From assembly GCF_001194135.2 (NCBI RefSeq), contig NC_068987.1, positions 101,227,830 to 101,291,754 of the forward strand: a stretch of DNA of 63,925 nucleotides, written 5' to 3'. Of this stretch, positions 51,671-63,925 are shown in pieces (the stretch's first letter is position 1; each line of letters begins with the position of its first letter). Position numbers and translations under genes: made by a program. The notes beneath the pieces were generated by a model. That model was not told where the DNA came from. It saw only the letters and a program-made list of their open reading frames with translations, and did no database searches. The DNA comes from Octopus bimaculoides (taxonomy: Eukaryota).

Positions 51671-51985
51671 TTGTTCTTCAATAACATCGACTTACCTGCT
51701 AAAGATAATATGGCTAATTTTAAGGGAAACATTTTCTACGAAACACCAAAAATATATGCCCTACTGAAGAAAAATGACTGCATTTTGCTCTGTGCAAAAC
51801 TTGCCTTGTGGACAGCAAAAAGGAGCCTTGGTTATGCAGAACAACAAAATCATTTCAACGATACTTTTCTTTTTAACACATTTCATTGCTTTATTTTATG
51901 TACACTCATTGTATATCGTTTCTATTAATGTAACGTTGGTAAAATGACAATCTACATCTATGGAGGAAATTTGGCCAAAGAAAAA
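51671..51985 (+). mobile_element. Possible L1/Tx1 ORF2 C-terminal relic
   Basis: DCILLCAKLALWTAKRS resembles the L1/Tx1 tail motif N.LL..AK.AIW..R; weak. Confidence 0.3.
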
Positions 51986-53496
51986 ATTCTAAGAATCTAT
52001 TTGATGATCTTCTGCTAAATTTGATCGGAACGTATTTCTGTACGGTATTGTCTAGTCATTGGACGACTTCATCATGGTTACATTGATTTCGAATATTATA
52101 GTTAGAAGAAAATTTTGATTATGTGACTTAACATATCCATAAATGTTAAACGTTTCTTAGAATTGGTGAGGTATAGATCCTATTTAAGCGATCACGATAG
52201 TTACTGATTTGTTGAGGCTACTATTTAGTTGAGCAACGATCTCCTCCCTAATTTTAATGTTCTACCTCTTATCACATTATATACTGTCTACTTTTCTAAT
52301 GCATTCGTCCTTGTATATAATGACTAACGGGTTGCTATTATCCCTTTCTAGCTGTTCGTACATTCTCATTATTTTACAAATCCTGCAGTGTTAGCTTAAG
52401 TATATTAACATACGCACTTGAAATACTACATTTGTATGCACATTATGAATGTTATATACCCTAGAATTTTTATCCAGGATTGCTTCAAGTATATATATAT
52501 CAATTTAATTTAAACAACGCTAGCTTTTGCACGAACCAGTAAACGTTTTATATCAGAACAAGCATTTTTGATTAGGTCACAAAGTCCAGCGTAGTCGTCA
52601 GTGAGAAGACCAAATCAGGTTGAATCATCGTGTCTGGCGATGCACCGATGTTCTGATCGAAACCCTGTGTTTTCAACACACAAGTCTCTGATATGTTGAC
52701 TGAAACAAAATGTTACAACTCATGCTGTTTCACGCTTGTATAAATATTATAAATATTATACACACCAGTAACTTGTTAAGTTTGTTTTTGTTGTGTTAAT
52801 ATCGACGTTTATTGCGTTCATATTTGAATATATTTCGTTGTTTGCCATTAAATTTTTAAACTCTTTTTATCAGAAAGATCCTCAAGAGATTGAGAAGATT
52901 AATTCAAGTTCGAACTTCTTCATGTTTTAGATATATTTTACTTTGAGGTGAAAATAAGTTGAAGTTGTGTGATGTAATTCGAACAGGGCTGAGATTGTGC
53001 TACGAGACGTTACTGAATCTATGTCCATGAGTGGGCAGTAATGCTTTACTCGTTATAAAGCCTACTGAACTCGTGTATAGTGTTATTGCTTATTCGACTT
53101 GAAAGCAGAATCTGTAGATCATCGATACCTGAGAAGATATTACTAAGTAAACGTTTGTTACTGATTTTTCGATATCCTGTTTTCAATAGGGGGATTTCCG
53201 TTGATAATGTTTCATTCTATTCTGCGTCGCTATGTCTATTTGATGTTCGATCAGCTTTTGCCGAAATTCTGATGTATATTGTGGGTTTTTTGCTGCTTCA
53301 ACGAGCAAATTTATAATGTTTCGAACTAAACATAAAGGAGGAAAAAGGAAATATGAAAAATCCTTAGTAAAATAGATTAAACTTGAACGCTATCATATCT
53401 TTAATATATGTTTGAAAGAAAACCTCTTCACTGATTAGATACACACACATACACACACATTCACACGCGCGCAAACACACACTCTTTCTTTCTCTC

Positions 53497-53552
<56 letters not shown>

Positions 53553-53680
53553 ACACACATACACATAAAGAGGAAGATAGAGTGATAGACAAATGTCATA
53601 CATGAAACTCGAGTCCCTACAGTAATTTTGTGGTGATTTCGACTACAAAAGTAATACATAAGTGTGTGTTTGTTTGTGTG

Positions 53681-53723
<43 letters not shown>

Positions 53724-54362
53724 ATGAGTGAGCGCACGTACGCGCGTGTGCGTACCTGCGTTTGTATATCTAAAACAGAGTGTGTGCGGGTGTCTGTATG
53801 CGTATGCGTGTATGAGTGTGTTTATATGCGTATGTGTCTGTATGCGTATGTATGTGTGTATATCTGTATGCGTGTGTGCGTGTGAATGTGTGTGTACGTA
53901 AATGTATTTACATGAGATTTGCTCTGACGCCAAACTCTTTATTTGCAAACAAAAATCTACGTATTCCTTTTTCTTCAATGGCATAAAATAAACCCTCATA
54001 AGAGCACAGCAAAGCCGCTTTGCTAAAAAAAAAAATTTTTTTTCTTTTTTCTCTTTTTGTTTCAAACCAATCAACTTTCATGAGAATAATATATTTCACT
54101 TTGGAATATCAATCCTAACCAATTTCTGTAACGGGTTCCCTGTCTACTCTTCTCAGCTACTGGGAAATCGATTCGAGTTATTTTCGTAATTTCAATATTA
54201 TTTCTATTTCCATTTCATTGCAGCTTGACAAAAATAAAACAGATGTAACTCATCTCAATAATTGCAAGATTAGAATCATTTGCTAAATTATGTAATACTT
54301 GAAAAGAAATACCAAGTTAGTATTTTCACAATATTACATTTCCATCGTATATCATAACCGAA

Positions 54363-54517
54363 TTTTTTGAGGGCGGGGTATTCGATTAGATCGACCCCAG
54401 TACGCGACTGGTGCTTAGTTTATCGACAACGAAATGAATAAGGTTAATGTTGACCTCGGCGGAATTTGAACACAGAACGAAAAGACAGACGAAATACCGA
54501 AAAACATTGCGTCCGGT
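54363..54517 (-). mobile_element. SINE main family (head cut by gap)
   Basis: gttgacctcggcggaatttgaacacagaacg and gacagacgaaataccg on + strand. Confidence 0.85.
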
Positions 54518-54859
54518 NNNNNNNNNNCAAAATACACAGATGGATGTACACAGACTACATACATATACAGACATATACATGTAAGACGTAAATATACACA
54601 CAAATATACATATAGACATGTATACATACGTACGCAATCATGCTCGCATGCAAAAATCCTTGGTGTATACATATAGAAGTTATAACAGACGAGCTAGATG
54701 AGGAGTAAATTTTAAAACGTGGGGAGGGGGAAAGAAAAAAGAAAAGGAAGAATCTTAGATATATCAGTTAGCGAGGGTAAGAGGTAAGAGGAGGAGAGAG
54801 GAGCGCAAAGTTAAAGAACTGTATACAGGTAACGAATAGGGAGAGAAATGATACTTTCC

Positions 54860-55430
54860 GTAGACATTTCTCTAGACATTTTCAATCTGACCATAAGTTT
54901 TATAGAATATTTTTTAGAAGAACGCTTAAGATCAGCTATTCTTGCTGCAAAAGATCCGAGATCCTATCTTTCTAAAGCCTGGTTGTGTGAGACCCTTAAT
55001 CCGTTTCCCAGTTTAACAGTACCGCTTGATAATTTGGGGTTCTTTAACAGAATCCTGTTTGTTACAAGCAATTGGGCCCGTCCTCCCACTTTACCAAATC
55101 TTGAATTTAATAAAATTCATATTTTAATCCATCCATTTAATTGTTTAATCTTCCCTTCATACATCGCAGGCACTGCAAAAGGTAAAGATCTCTGCCGTCC
55201 ACCCGATTATATGATAAAATAAAACAATTTGTCACTGCTATCTACAAATATAAATTCCTTAAAGACGTTACTGATACTCTAATAAATGGTGACTGATTGT
55301 GGAAAAATATAGGTGCATTTAAGAAAACCATTTACATGAACGGCGGCAATTTTTGCACGCAGATTTAAAGTCCTAAATTTCAGAGAAAATGAAGTGAGAT
55401 TTTCTATATGGCTCTCTTTATTACGTTGTC
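54860..55430 (-). mobile_element. Possible L1/Tx1 ORF2 endonuclease-linker relic
   Basis: Long nearly open minus frames; KDRISDLLQQE...NLW resembles the Tx1 linker. The + ORF 54848-55222 reads as an antisense shadow. Confidence 0.35.
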
Positions 55431-55812
55431 ACTCTTGGGAATAATGATATAAAGAATGATAAATGACTGCAAATAATGATAGAATTTGTGTTACTAAGAA
55501 ATTTGCAGACGTCTACCGTACAATGTAATTACTGCAGTATAACACTTTTGTGAACATCAAGGACTTTAACATAAATATTTATTGTCAAAATAGAATACAG
55601 CCCTTTTACTGTGTGAAAATCCTATTGTTCTTTAATTCTTATTGTATTGAAGAAAAGCAGTCTCTTTACGACACATGATGATTAACATCTTCGAAATCAA
55701 ATTCAATAAAAAAAAATATCTTGCTGAAATGATAACTATAGAACAGTATTGAGAAAGTAGCGAGATATTTGTCTAGATATATTATTTGTACATTTAGATG
55801 TCTTGTTTCATG

Positions 55813-56094
55813 TCAGTAATGCCACGATTTAATAGATATTAATGTTGTGTACAAATGATATATGTGGGATGTCGCGGTTAAATATAAAAAGAGACGGGGT
55901 GAGCACGATACAATAGAAGACAAAAGAATAGTCTGAGATAAGCAATTATCAATATAAATCATTTCTAGGTTGAATGTAAGGCCAGAGACTGTAGACAGGT
56001 AAAAGTCAGTTGTCTGTTGAATTGCTGGAATCAAATAATCTAGATAAAACATTCTGGTTACAAAATTTTCTGTATGAATTGTATCTTTAGGCAC
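55813..56094 (-). mobile_element. Possible Tc1/mariner DDE-domain relic
   Basis: TIHTENFVTRMFYLDYLIPAIQQ resembles T.T..RY..ML..F.IP.LQQ; the catalytic motifs are not preserved. Confidence 0.3.
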
Positions 56095-56335
56095 AATTTA
56101 TAGATGCCAATCGATTATTTGAGAGGAGATGTTGACTAGATAGGAACTTGTGTTCCATATACAATCTATATAGCGACAAATTTATAGTATGTAAATTTTG
56201 TCAGATAATTGCAGCATGTGAATTTTGACTGTATACATGCAGCTTTATATTATGCAGAATATTATTACATAGTCATATGTTTTGTGTATAGAAGTAGCTG
56301 TATAGTGGGCAGACCTTGACAGGATAGCCAGTGTA

Positions 56336-57235
56336 TGAGGTCTGACCAATACGTATCCGGACTGTTGCCACAGTAACGAAGCAAAAGTACGCTGAGTGAA
56401 GCTGCTTGGCAAAGATTGCCCGAGAACTCTACTGTGCATGTTTACTAAGTTTTAACGTTCTACCTCACTTCCGATGTTTACTGTAGTGCTTGGAAGGAAC
56501 GGTGTAGTGTGTGATAGTCGCATTGACCATGACAGAGAAAGTTGTCGTGGCGATAACTGCTCAGAAGCCTGCGCAAAGTTGCAGATAGTGTATGGAGAAA
56601 AGTGTATGAGCCACACACAAGTGTACGAGTGGTTCACACGTTTCCAAAATGTCGATATAGACGAATGGTCTGGGAGACCCACAACCAGCAGAACTGAGAA
56701 AAACAGCGCAGATGTGTGTACAGGATTGAGGGGAAATCGTCGGATCACCATCAGTGGGTTATCAGAGCTTGTGCAGGTTAATTACGGTTCAGTTCAGTCC
56801 ATTATCACTGAAGATTTGGTTTTTACTCGCTAGTCTACCAAGTTTGTGCCATAGTGCTTTCAGCTGACTAAAGCGACACCCGGGTTTCAGTTACACAAAA
56901 TCTCCTTGATTGTGTCGAGAATGATAAAAAGAACTTTCTGAGAGACGAAAACTTTTTGAGAGATGAAAACTTTTTGAGCAGGTATCGCCAAGCTTTTGGC
57001 AAAATTTGATGCAGATATCTCTGCTCAACTTTCTTTATCATGGTCAGTGCGACAATCACACGCAATATATCTTCCTTCCAAGCACTACTGTAAACAGCGG
57101 AATTGTGCTAGAAGGTTAAAACTTAATGCGCCTGCACAGCAGAGTTCAAGGTCAATCTGTACAAAGTGGTGTTACTCTGTGTACTTTAGCTTCGTTACTA
57201 TGGTAACAATGCGGATACTTATAGATCAGACCACG
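56336..57235. mobile_element. Non-autonomous mariner derivative made of two inverted 5' ends (copy 2)
   Basis: TA-flanked. + arm encodes SEACAKLQIVYGE...WSGRPTTSRTEK...GSVQSIITEDL...KFVP...NLLDCVEND. - arm encodes MIKKVEQR-CIKFCQKLGDTCS. Shares its internal deletion with copy 1. Confidence 0.88.
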
Positions 57236-59417
57236 TAGCGAGATCCTGACTTCATAGAGACTGAAATATAGTATATATATGTTGGTAACCTAGATATTTA
57301 TATATATATATATNNNNNNNNNNNNNNNNNNNNNNNNNNNNNNNNNNNNNNNNNNNNNNNNNNNNNNNNNNNNNNNNNNNNNNNNNNNNNNNNNNNNNNN
57401 NNNNNNNNNNNNNNNNNNNNNNNNNNNNNNNNNNNNNNNNNNNNNNNTGCAGTACAAGGTCAGAGCTGAATAAGGATAGATATGACCCAACACTTTCTAA
57501 TTTGTTCTTCTAAAAGAACAATTTAGTGGGACTATATTAATGAATGCGTCAATCATTTTAAAGAAAATAGTAGTGAGATACTTAAAATAACTTGACCCTT
57601 ATTGCTAGCAGAACAACATAAAAATGCCGCTGCACATTGACAGACAACATTTATAGGCTTGGAAAAGACTCTACGTCGTCTTGAATTGCGATTGTTTAAA
57701 AAAGAAGTTCTAGAAAGCCATAAAAAGACATAAAACAAGCAAAATTCTAAAGTATTTCCTATAAGAAGCAGAATTCTTTCGTTCTAATAGAAAAAAAAAC
57801 TGTTTTGAATTGGGATTGCTATAGGATTATAGTAATTTAGGAATATGGGTAGCAGTGCTTAAGGTTCTGCCTTTCATCTCAAACTTTCACCTAATGACGG
57901 TAGCTGAGAAATTAAGAGAATGACTGTGTGAGTTTTCATGAAGCAGATGTTTGTTATGTGATGCAGTCTCAAAGAAAACGCAGGTACTGAGGGGAGTGCA
58001 TTTGGCCATTGGTGGTTATAATGGTTCTATCATATACAAACAGAAACTTTCAATCGCTCTACTGGTGGTTCGACAGTATCACAAGCATTTAAAACCTCTG
58101 TTGATGCAGCGAACACGCAAGATCTTAAGACAATCTCTCTCCAAATCCAAACCCTATATTAACAGGTCTAAAAAATATTTAGCGTTCTCTTAAAAAAACT
58201 GTTTCTATTAAAAATAAAATTAACAACCTCCATCGAATAGATAAATTCGAGCAACGATATTTCTTTCGTATATCTGAATTTCAACAAATACAACCTGTCG
58301 GAATTTAAAAGTAGACCATCGAGCACTTAGAAAACTATTAACATCTGGTTTATGTTTGCTTGATATCGAATTATCGTAGCATTGGTTATCTCCCTTTGTT
58401 TGGGGGGTTGGGGGGGGTGTTGTCTTGTTTACAAGCGTCTCTTGTTTAAACGTTATCTGCTCAAAAGGCAACTGGAAAACAGCGTTGTTTTCAGTTTGAT
58501 AAATAGCGGTATAAATAATTAATTCGACCAGGAAACTTTGGGTTGGTGTATTTACAAGATTTATGTCTTTATATTTTAAGAGTATATTTGTATTTATGTA
58601 TCTACGTATGTGAGTATATTGTGATACATGCATGCATAAATACTCTGCTTGTGAGTATTAGCGTGTCTCTGGTCTCTGTGTTTGTGTCTGCCGAAACACG
58701 TGTTTAGCAAAAGGAATAATTCTACAATGTTTTGCAATAGAGTTGTAAAACAAGATATTTAATCATTGTTTGTAATAATACTAATTTGAAAAATTATTGA
58801 GTGTCGTTAAAAACATTTTAAAAAAACTTTTATTTGCATTGTGCTTATATTTCGTTTTATATTTTGCGAAAAATATCCATTCTCATTCTGCAGGCTGATA
58901 AGATATGAAGGCAATGTATTATATAAATATTGCAATGAAACATAAGTCTGAGTGAGCCGACACTCAAAAAGAACCCTGTTTAATATGCATAACAGAAACC
59001 AACATTATGTTGTACGCATACGTGCTAATGTTATATATTTAGTGAAAAATGTTTTAATAGTTTTGAATACGAACAGATTTTTGCACCATGAGTTACGAAC
59101 TTGTCGGTGAGACAGTTATGAGATTTTCACTCTAATATTGGTTCTTCATCGTTGATGTGGAGATATGGTTGGTACATACTTTAAACAGTTCAATTCAGGT
59201 GTTCTTAGGAGTATAATTTCAGAGATTTAATATACATAAAATCCACTTTAATAGTATTTTTGTACAGATGTGTATGAGTATGTATGTCAGTTTGTATATT
59301 TATTAAATTAATATATTTCGTAACAGCGGGTTTCTAATGTGTCCATTCTAAGTTCTACATAAAATCATATATGCAACAAGTTGTATCTCAAAACAAGTCT
59401 TGAGAATAACATCTCTC

Positions 59418-59465
<48 letters not shown>

Positions 59466-59537
59466 TCTTTCTTTCTCTCTCCACATTTTCACTCACTCTC
59501 TTACCCACTCATTCACTTGCTCTGCTTCACGTATGTA

Positions 59538-60720
59538 TTTAGGCGGGACAAATATTCGTACCGTTTTTCAATTAATGGCGTTTAAACACGGGATTTCGTG
59601 TCTCACGTAACAAAAGCAAATGATATGTACATATATTTTCCGAAAGGTGACACTTTCTATATGATTAGTGTGTGGACAGTTTATTTCTACTATTTTTACA
59701 TTAAAAAGGAAAATTGAGTAAAATGAGAAACATTCTCGTCATTTGATATTCTTTATTTTCTAGAAATAAAAAAAAATATCAAAATACAAACAGTAATAAT
59801 GTGCAGTTTATAGAGATAATGCCATAGCTTAGGCAACTGTTCTTAAGTAGTTCGCAAGGTTTAGAAGTAAAAAATAATCTGGAAGACCGTGATGTGACCA
59901 AATCTAAACTTAATCTGGAGACCGTGATCGGACCAAATCGAAACGCTTATCAAAAAGAATCCCGGTCACACGACACGAGACCTGGCAGAGACACTCTACA
60001 TACCTCATACGAGTATTCTAAGGCATTTAAAAACACTTTGGCTACGTGGAACGCTTAATATTGGATCATACTTTCATATGCGATTCTCTGCTCAAGCACG
60101 ACAATAATTATATTTTTTTGAAAAGTTTGATCACAGATGATGAAAATGAGATCGTTTACAACAATGTGGAGCAGAGTAGGTTCAGAAGAACAAGAAATGA
60201 ACCGCATTTAATCACCCCATAAGCTTATATGTATCCGGAATTGGTGATGCTCTGTATCAAATGAAATTGGAAGCGCTTTGTTTATTTATTCTGAGGCCCT
60301 TTCACAAAATCATACATTTAGGTGAGTGTATTATAGTTCCCATTTAGACTGACTGAAGAAGGCAATCAATGGGAAGCGTCCTGAATTATCCAATCGTAAG
60401 GGTATCTTCCTTCACAACAACGCTAGACCTCGTATTTCCTTGCAGACTTTGCAGAAAATGGTACAGCTTGGATGGGATATCCAGCCACTTGTACTGCACC
60501 CACCTGACCGTGCACATTTTGGATCACCGTTTATTTCGACCCTTACAAAATTCTCTTTAATTGAATTATAACTTCATTTCTTTCGATCCCAACAGATTTC
60601 TCTTCATGTGAATGACAACATTATTTCTTCCGAAAATTGTACAAGAGCACATAGAGCAATTCATGACACAGAAAGATAGCAAGTTCTGGGAGGACGGAAT
60701 CGTGATCCAAATATCAAAGA
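59538..60720 (+). mobile_element. Near full-length degenerate mariner (DD34D type) transposon
   Basis: TA then a 5' TIR-like start. Relic frames give HSRHLIFF, CAVYRD, DQIETLIKKNPGHTTRDLAE, ICDSLLK, LITDDE, RPELSNRKG, NARP, QLGWD, HRLFRPLQNSL and KDSKFWEDGI. Many stops; the 3' TIR is not recognisable. Confidence 0.88.
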
Positions 60721-61454
60721 AATTTGTACTCCACTGTGAACATAAATATACAAAAAAAAAAATTAAGATAAAATATACTGTTTCCGAGATATTTCGGGTA
60801 CAGGCAAACATCCCTAGAGCGTAAGTATTATCGATATATATATATATATATATATATTTAGTGTATNNNNNNNNNNNNNNNNNNNNNNNNNNNNNNNNNN
60901 NNNNNNNNNNNNNNNNNNNNNNNNNNNNNNNNNNNNNNNNNNNNNNNNNNNNNNNNNNNNNNNNNNNNNNNNNNNNNNNNNNNNNNNNNNNNNNNNNNNN
61001 NNNNNNNNNNNNNNNNNNNNNNNNNNNNNNNNNNNNNNNNNNNNNNNNNNNNNNNNNNNNNNNNNNNNNNNNNNNNNNNNNNNNNNNNNNNNNNNNNNNN
61101 NNNNNNNNNNNNNNNNNNNNNNNNNNNNNNNNNNNNNNNNNNNNNNNNNNNNNNNNNNNNNNNNNNNNNNNNNNNNNNNNNNNNNNNNNNNNNNNNNNNN
61201 NNNNNNNNNNNNNNNNNNNNNNNNNNNNNNNNNNNNNNNNNNNNNNNNNNNNNNNNNNNNNNNNNNNNNNNNNNNNNNNNNNNNNNNNNNNNNNNNNNNN
61301 NNNNNNNNNNNNNNNNNNNNNNNNNNNNNNNNNNNNNNNNNNNNNNNNNNNNNNNNNNNNNNNNNNNNNNNNNNNNNNNNNNNNNNNNNNNNNNNNNNNN
61401 NNNNNNNNNNNNNNNNNNNNNNNNNNNATATATATATATGGGAGAATATACAAA

Positions 61455-61558
61455 TAATAACAACAGACGAGGACAGGTGGTGTAAATAACAAAAGTATAT
61501 ATTAGTATGACGCTCGGGAATACGGAAAGTCTTTGACGTTTCGAGCTACGCTCTTCAT
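61455..61558 (-). mobile_element. Probable Penelope-derived terminal repeat with truncated hammerhead
   Basis: Minus strand ATGA-A-GAGC(GTA)GCTC-GAAA-CG-TC-AAAG; the 5' core and stem I are replaced by (TA)n. Confidence 0.5.
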
Positions 61559-62172
61559 ATATATATATATATGTATGTATGTATGTGTGTGTGTATGTAG
61601 TATGTATATATATATTATACAGTTATGTATTTTATAGAATTATATATATGTGTTTGTGTGTGCATGTATGTGTGTGTGTGTGTGTGTGCGTGTGTGTGTG
61701 TGTGTGTGCGTGTGTGTGTGTGCGCGTGTGTGTGTATGTATATATGTACATATATATATATATATTATACAATTTGAAGCACTTTGCTTTTTACTACATC
61801 AAATTAGATTTTTTAGTCTGATATGTCTGTTAAATGTTCATTAAAAATTGTGATTAATGTTCATTAATTTTTCATTTACAACTTTTGAACAATGGATTCC
61901 GACAAATTTTCATCTTTGTTAGCCTGTTATTTTTTCGCTTTTTATTATTATTATTGTTTTTCTTCCTCTATTAGAGATTTAGTTCTCATTGTTGCTGCTA
62001 TTATTGTTCTTCTTGCCTTCTTTTTCCCCTACATCACTTTCTACTTGTTCGTGTTTTATTCATAGTAATATTACTTCTTTAAAAAAACGTTTCATCTATA
62101 CATTTTTTATCAAAATAATGTCATAATGCTTAATGATTATAATTATGAAGATAACAATAACGACAAACAAAA

Positions 62173-62248
62173 TTTCTTCTTCTTCTTCTTCTTCTTCTTC
62201 TTCTTCTTCTTCTTCTTCTTCTTCTTCTTCTTCTTCTTCTTCTTTTTA

Positions 62249-62331
<83 letters not shown>
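62173..62331. repeat. Compound (TTC)n-(ATT)n microsatellite
   Basis: Direct reading; explains the homopolymeric ORFs 62126-62385. Confidence 0.97.
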
Positions 62332-62333
<2 letters not shown>

Positions 62334-62538
62334 GGCCATGAGCTGGCCGAATCGTTAGTACACCGGGATAAATGCTTCGCGTCATTTCGCCCGCCTTTAC
62401 GTTCTGAGTCCAAACTCCACCGAGGTCGACTTTGACCTTTCGTGGTAGATAAATTAATTACCAGTCAAGTATTGAGGCCGATTAAATCGACTTACCCCCT
62501 CCCCAGAAAGTTCAGGCCTTACGCCTATAATAGAAAGC
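62332..62538 (+). mobile_element. SINE main family
   Basis: aaggccatgagctggccgaatcgttagtacacc head and aggccttacgcctataatagaaag tail. Confidence 0.85.
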
Positions 62539-62552
62539 ATTATTGTTATTAT

Positions 62553-62690
62553 TAAACAGGGCGGTTACAAAAGGTTTTTTTTTCTACCTTTTCGGACAAA
62601 ACCTTTTGTAACCTTCGTCCTATCTTTGTCTTTACATGTTTTTAATTGATATTAGCCCTAGTGGCCAATAAAACGAATTAATTAATTATT
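62553..62690 (+). mobile_element. Short retroposon 3' tail, probably Tx1-like, with 16-bp stem-loop
   Basis: ggttacaaaaggtttt (62563-62578) pairs perfectly with aaaaccttttgtaacc (62598-62613). Ends gtggccaataaa then (ATT)n, like the 3' end of the 9126-10080 element. Confidence 0.5.
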
Positions 62691-62721
62691 ATTATTATTA
62701 TTATTATTATTATCATCATCA

Positions 62722-62900
62722 TTAATATTTATTTCTTTGCACAGCTTCTAACGCTGGAGATGTACTACGGAGCCAGCTGTTCCCTACCAGTGAACTTAGG
62801 TAACACACCTTATTTTTCGAGCACCATCCGGAGCGTTTTGTCCGGAGTACTAACGCTTCTTCCAGCTTGCCATCTTCCCCGAGTTCATAAATTACTGAAG
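62722..62900 (-). mobile_element. R4/Dong-like LINE 3' end
   Basis: With one frameshift the minus strand reads EEALVLRT-TLRMVLEK*, like the QK..LLGTA.ILR.VL terminus. A short 3' UTR runs into (TAA/TGA)n. Confidence 0.5.
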
Positions 62901-63730
62901 TCAACATTTGGGAATCTATAAATTGAAGTACCAGTCAAGTACTGGAATCGATGTAATGGACTAACCCGTCCCTCACCCCCAGAATTTTCCTTCCTTATGT
63001 AAAAAAGAATTATTCTTATTCTATCACCATCACTATCGTTTTCTTCTTTGTCATTATGATTATCGCCAACTTCATCATCACCATCATTGTCGTCGTCGTC
63101 ATCGTTGTCATCGTCATCAACAAATTACGATGTTTAGGTTACTGAGTGCATTATTTGTTCAGCGACTTTATTTATCATAAATATTATATTGTCATTGCAC
63201 ATTGTTCATTGTTCTAGATGCCTGTGATTTTTCTTGTTTTCGTTGTTGTTCATCTTCGTTTTGTTGCTGCTGCTACTACTGCTACTACTGTTATTGTGGC
63301 TGTCGTTTTTTTTTTTTGTGGTTACAATTATGGCTAATATTCTGCCATTGTTCATTCAGTTATGTTAGTTACTTCTCTTGTTGCTGCTCATGTGGGTGCT
63401 GTGATTACAAGCGTTGATGTCATTGAAGTTGCCGAGGCCTGTGTTTTTAGCTTGTCCATTTGTTTCTTTTCTAGTTGTTATTCTTTTGCTTGGTACTGTT
63501 GTGACAGCTGTTATAGTTGTTGTTGTTGTTGTTGTCGTCATCGGTGTAGCTGTTGTTAGGCTGGTTATCATTTATATGATGGCTATGATTTTGTAATAGG
63601 TACAGTGATTTGGGGGACTTAACTATTGCGTTTCACTTCAAGCCCCAAATCAGCTCTAACCAAGCAGACCTATAATTAAAGGCCTTCCATTCGCAGTATT
63701 CACTCCTTGTTTATAATAATAATTAACAAA

Positions 63731-63925
63731 AGCTGGCGAGCTGGCAGAATCGTTAGCACGCCGGGCGAAATGCTTAGCGGTATTTCGTCTACCGTTACGT
63801 TCTGAGTTCGAATTCCGCCGAAGTCAACTTTGCCTTTCTTCTTTTCGAGGTGGATAAATTAAGTACCAGTTACGCACTAAGGTCGACGTAATCGACTTAG
63901 TCCCTTTGTCTGTCTTTGTTTATCT
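63731..63925 (+). mobile_element. SINE main family, well preserved (runs off the window)
   Basis: ggcgagctggcagaatcgttagcacgccgggcgaaatgcttagcgg...gagttcgaattccgccg with clear A/B-box-like motifs. Confidence 0.93.

Noticed and set aside
57951-58193. 80-aa ORF
   Set aside because: No recognisable family or splice signals; length within chance expectation.

Overview
This is AT-rich, gap-ridden eukaryotic non-coding DNA with dense microsatellites. Its repeat families resemble those I recall from coleoid cephalopod (Octopus-like) assemblies; that assignment is inference, not a search result. I can support no intact host protein-coding gene, rRNA, tRNA or CRISPR array. Nearly all ORFs in the track are microsatellite read-through, N-gap artefacts or antisense shadows of decayed transposons. 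The window holds about 15 copies of one tRNA-type SINE, a second tRNA-SINE family, and LINE relics (Tx1/L1, RTE, R4/Dong, CRE, Penelope). It also holds mariner relics, a Helitron helicase relic and a MITE carrying (CCCTAA)n. The most notable signals are: (1) minimal type I hammerhead ribozyme motifs, including a convergent pair at 7377-7416 (+) and 7620-7682 (-) plus several decayed relatives; (2) a 394-bp near-perfect palindrome with 187-bp arms at 45987-46380; (3) two copies of a mariner derivative built from two inverted 5' ends; (4) a pre-miRNA-sized hairpin at 19942-19997. Protein-family calls are by-eye matches to remembered consensus motifs and need HMM or Dfam confirmation. I found no convincing new multi-gene system.
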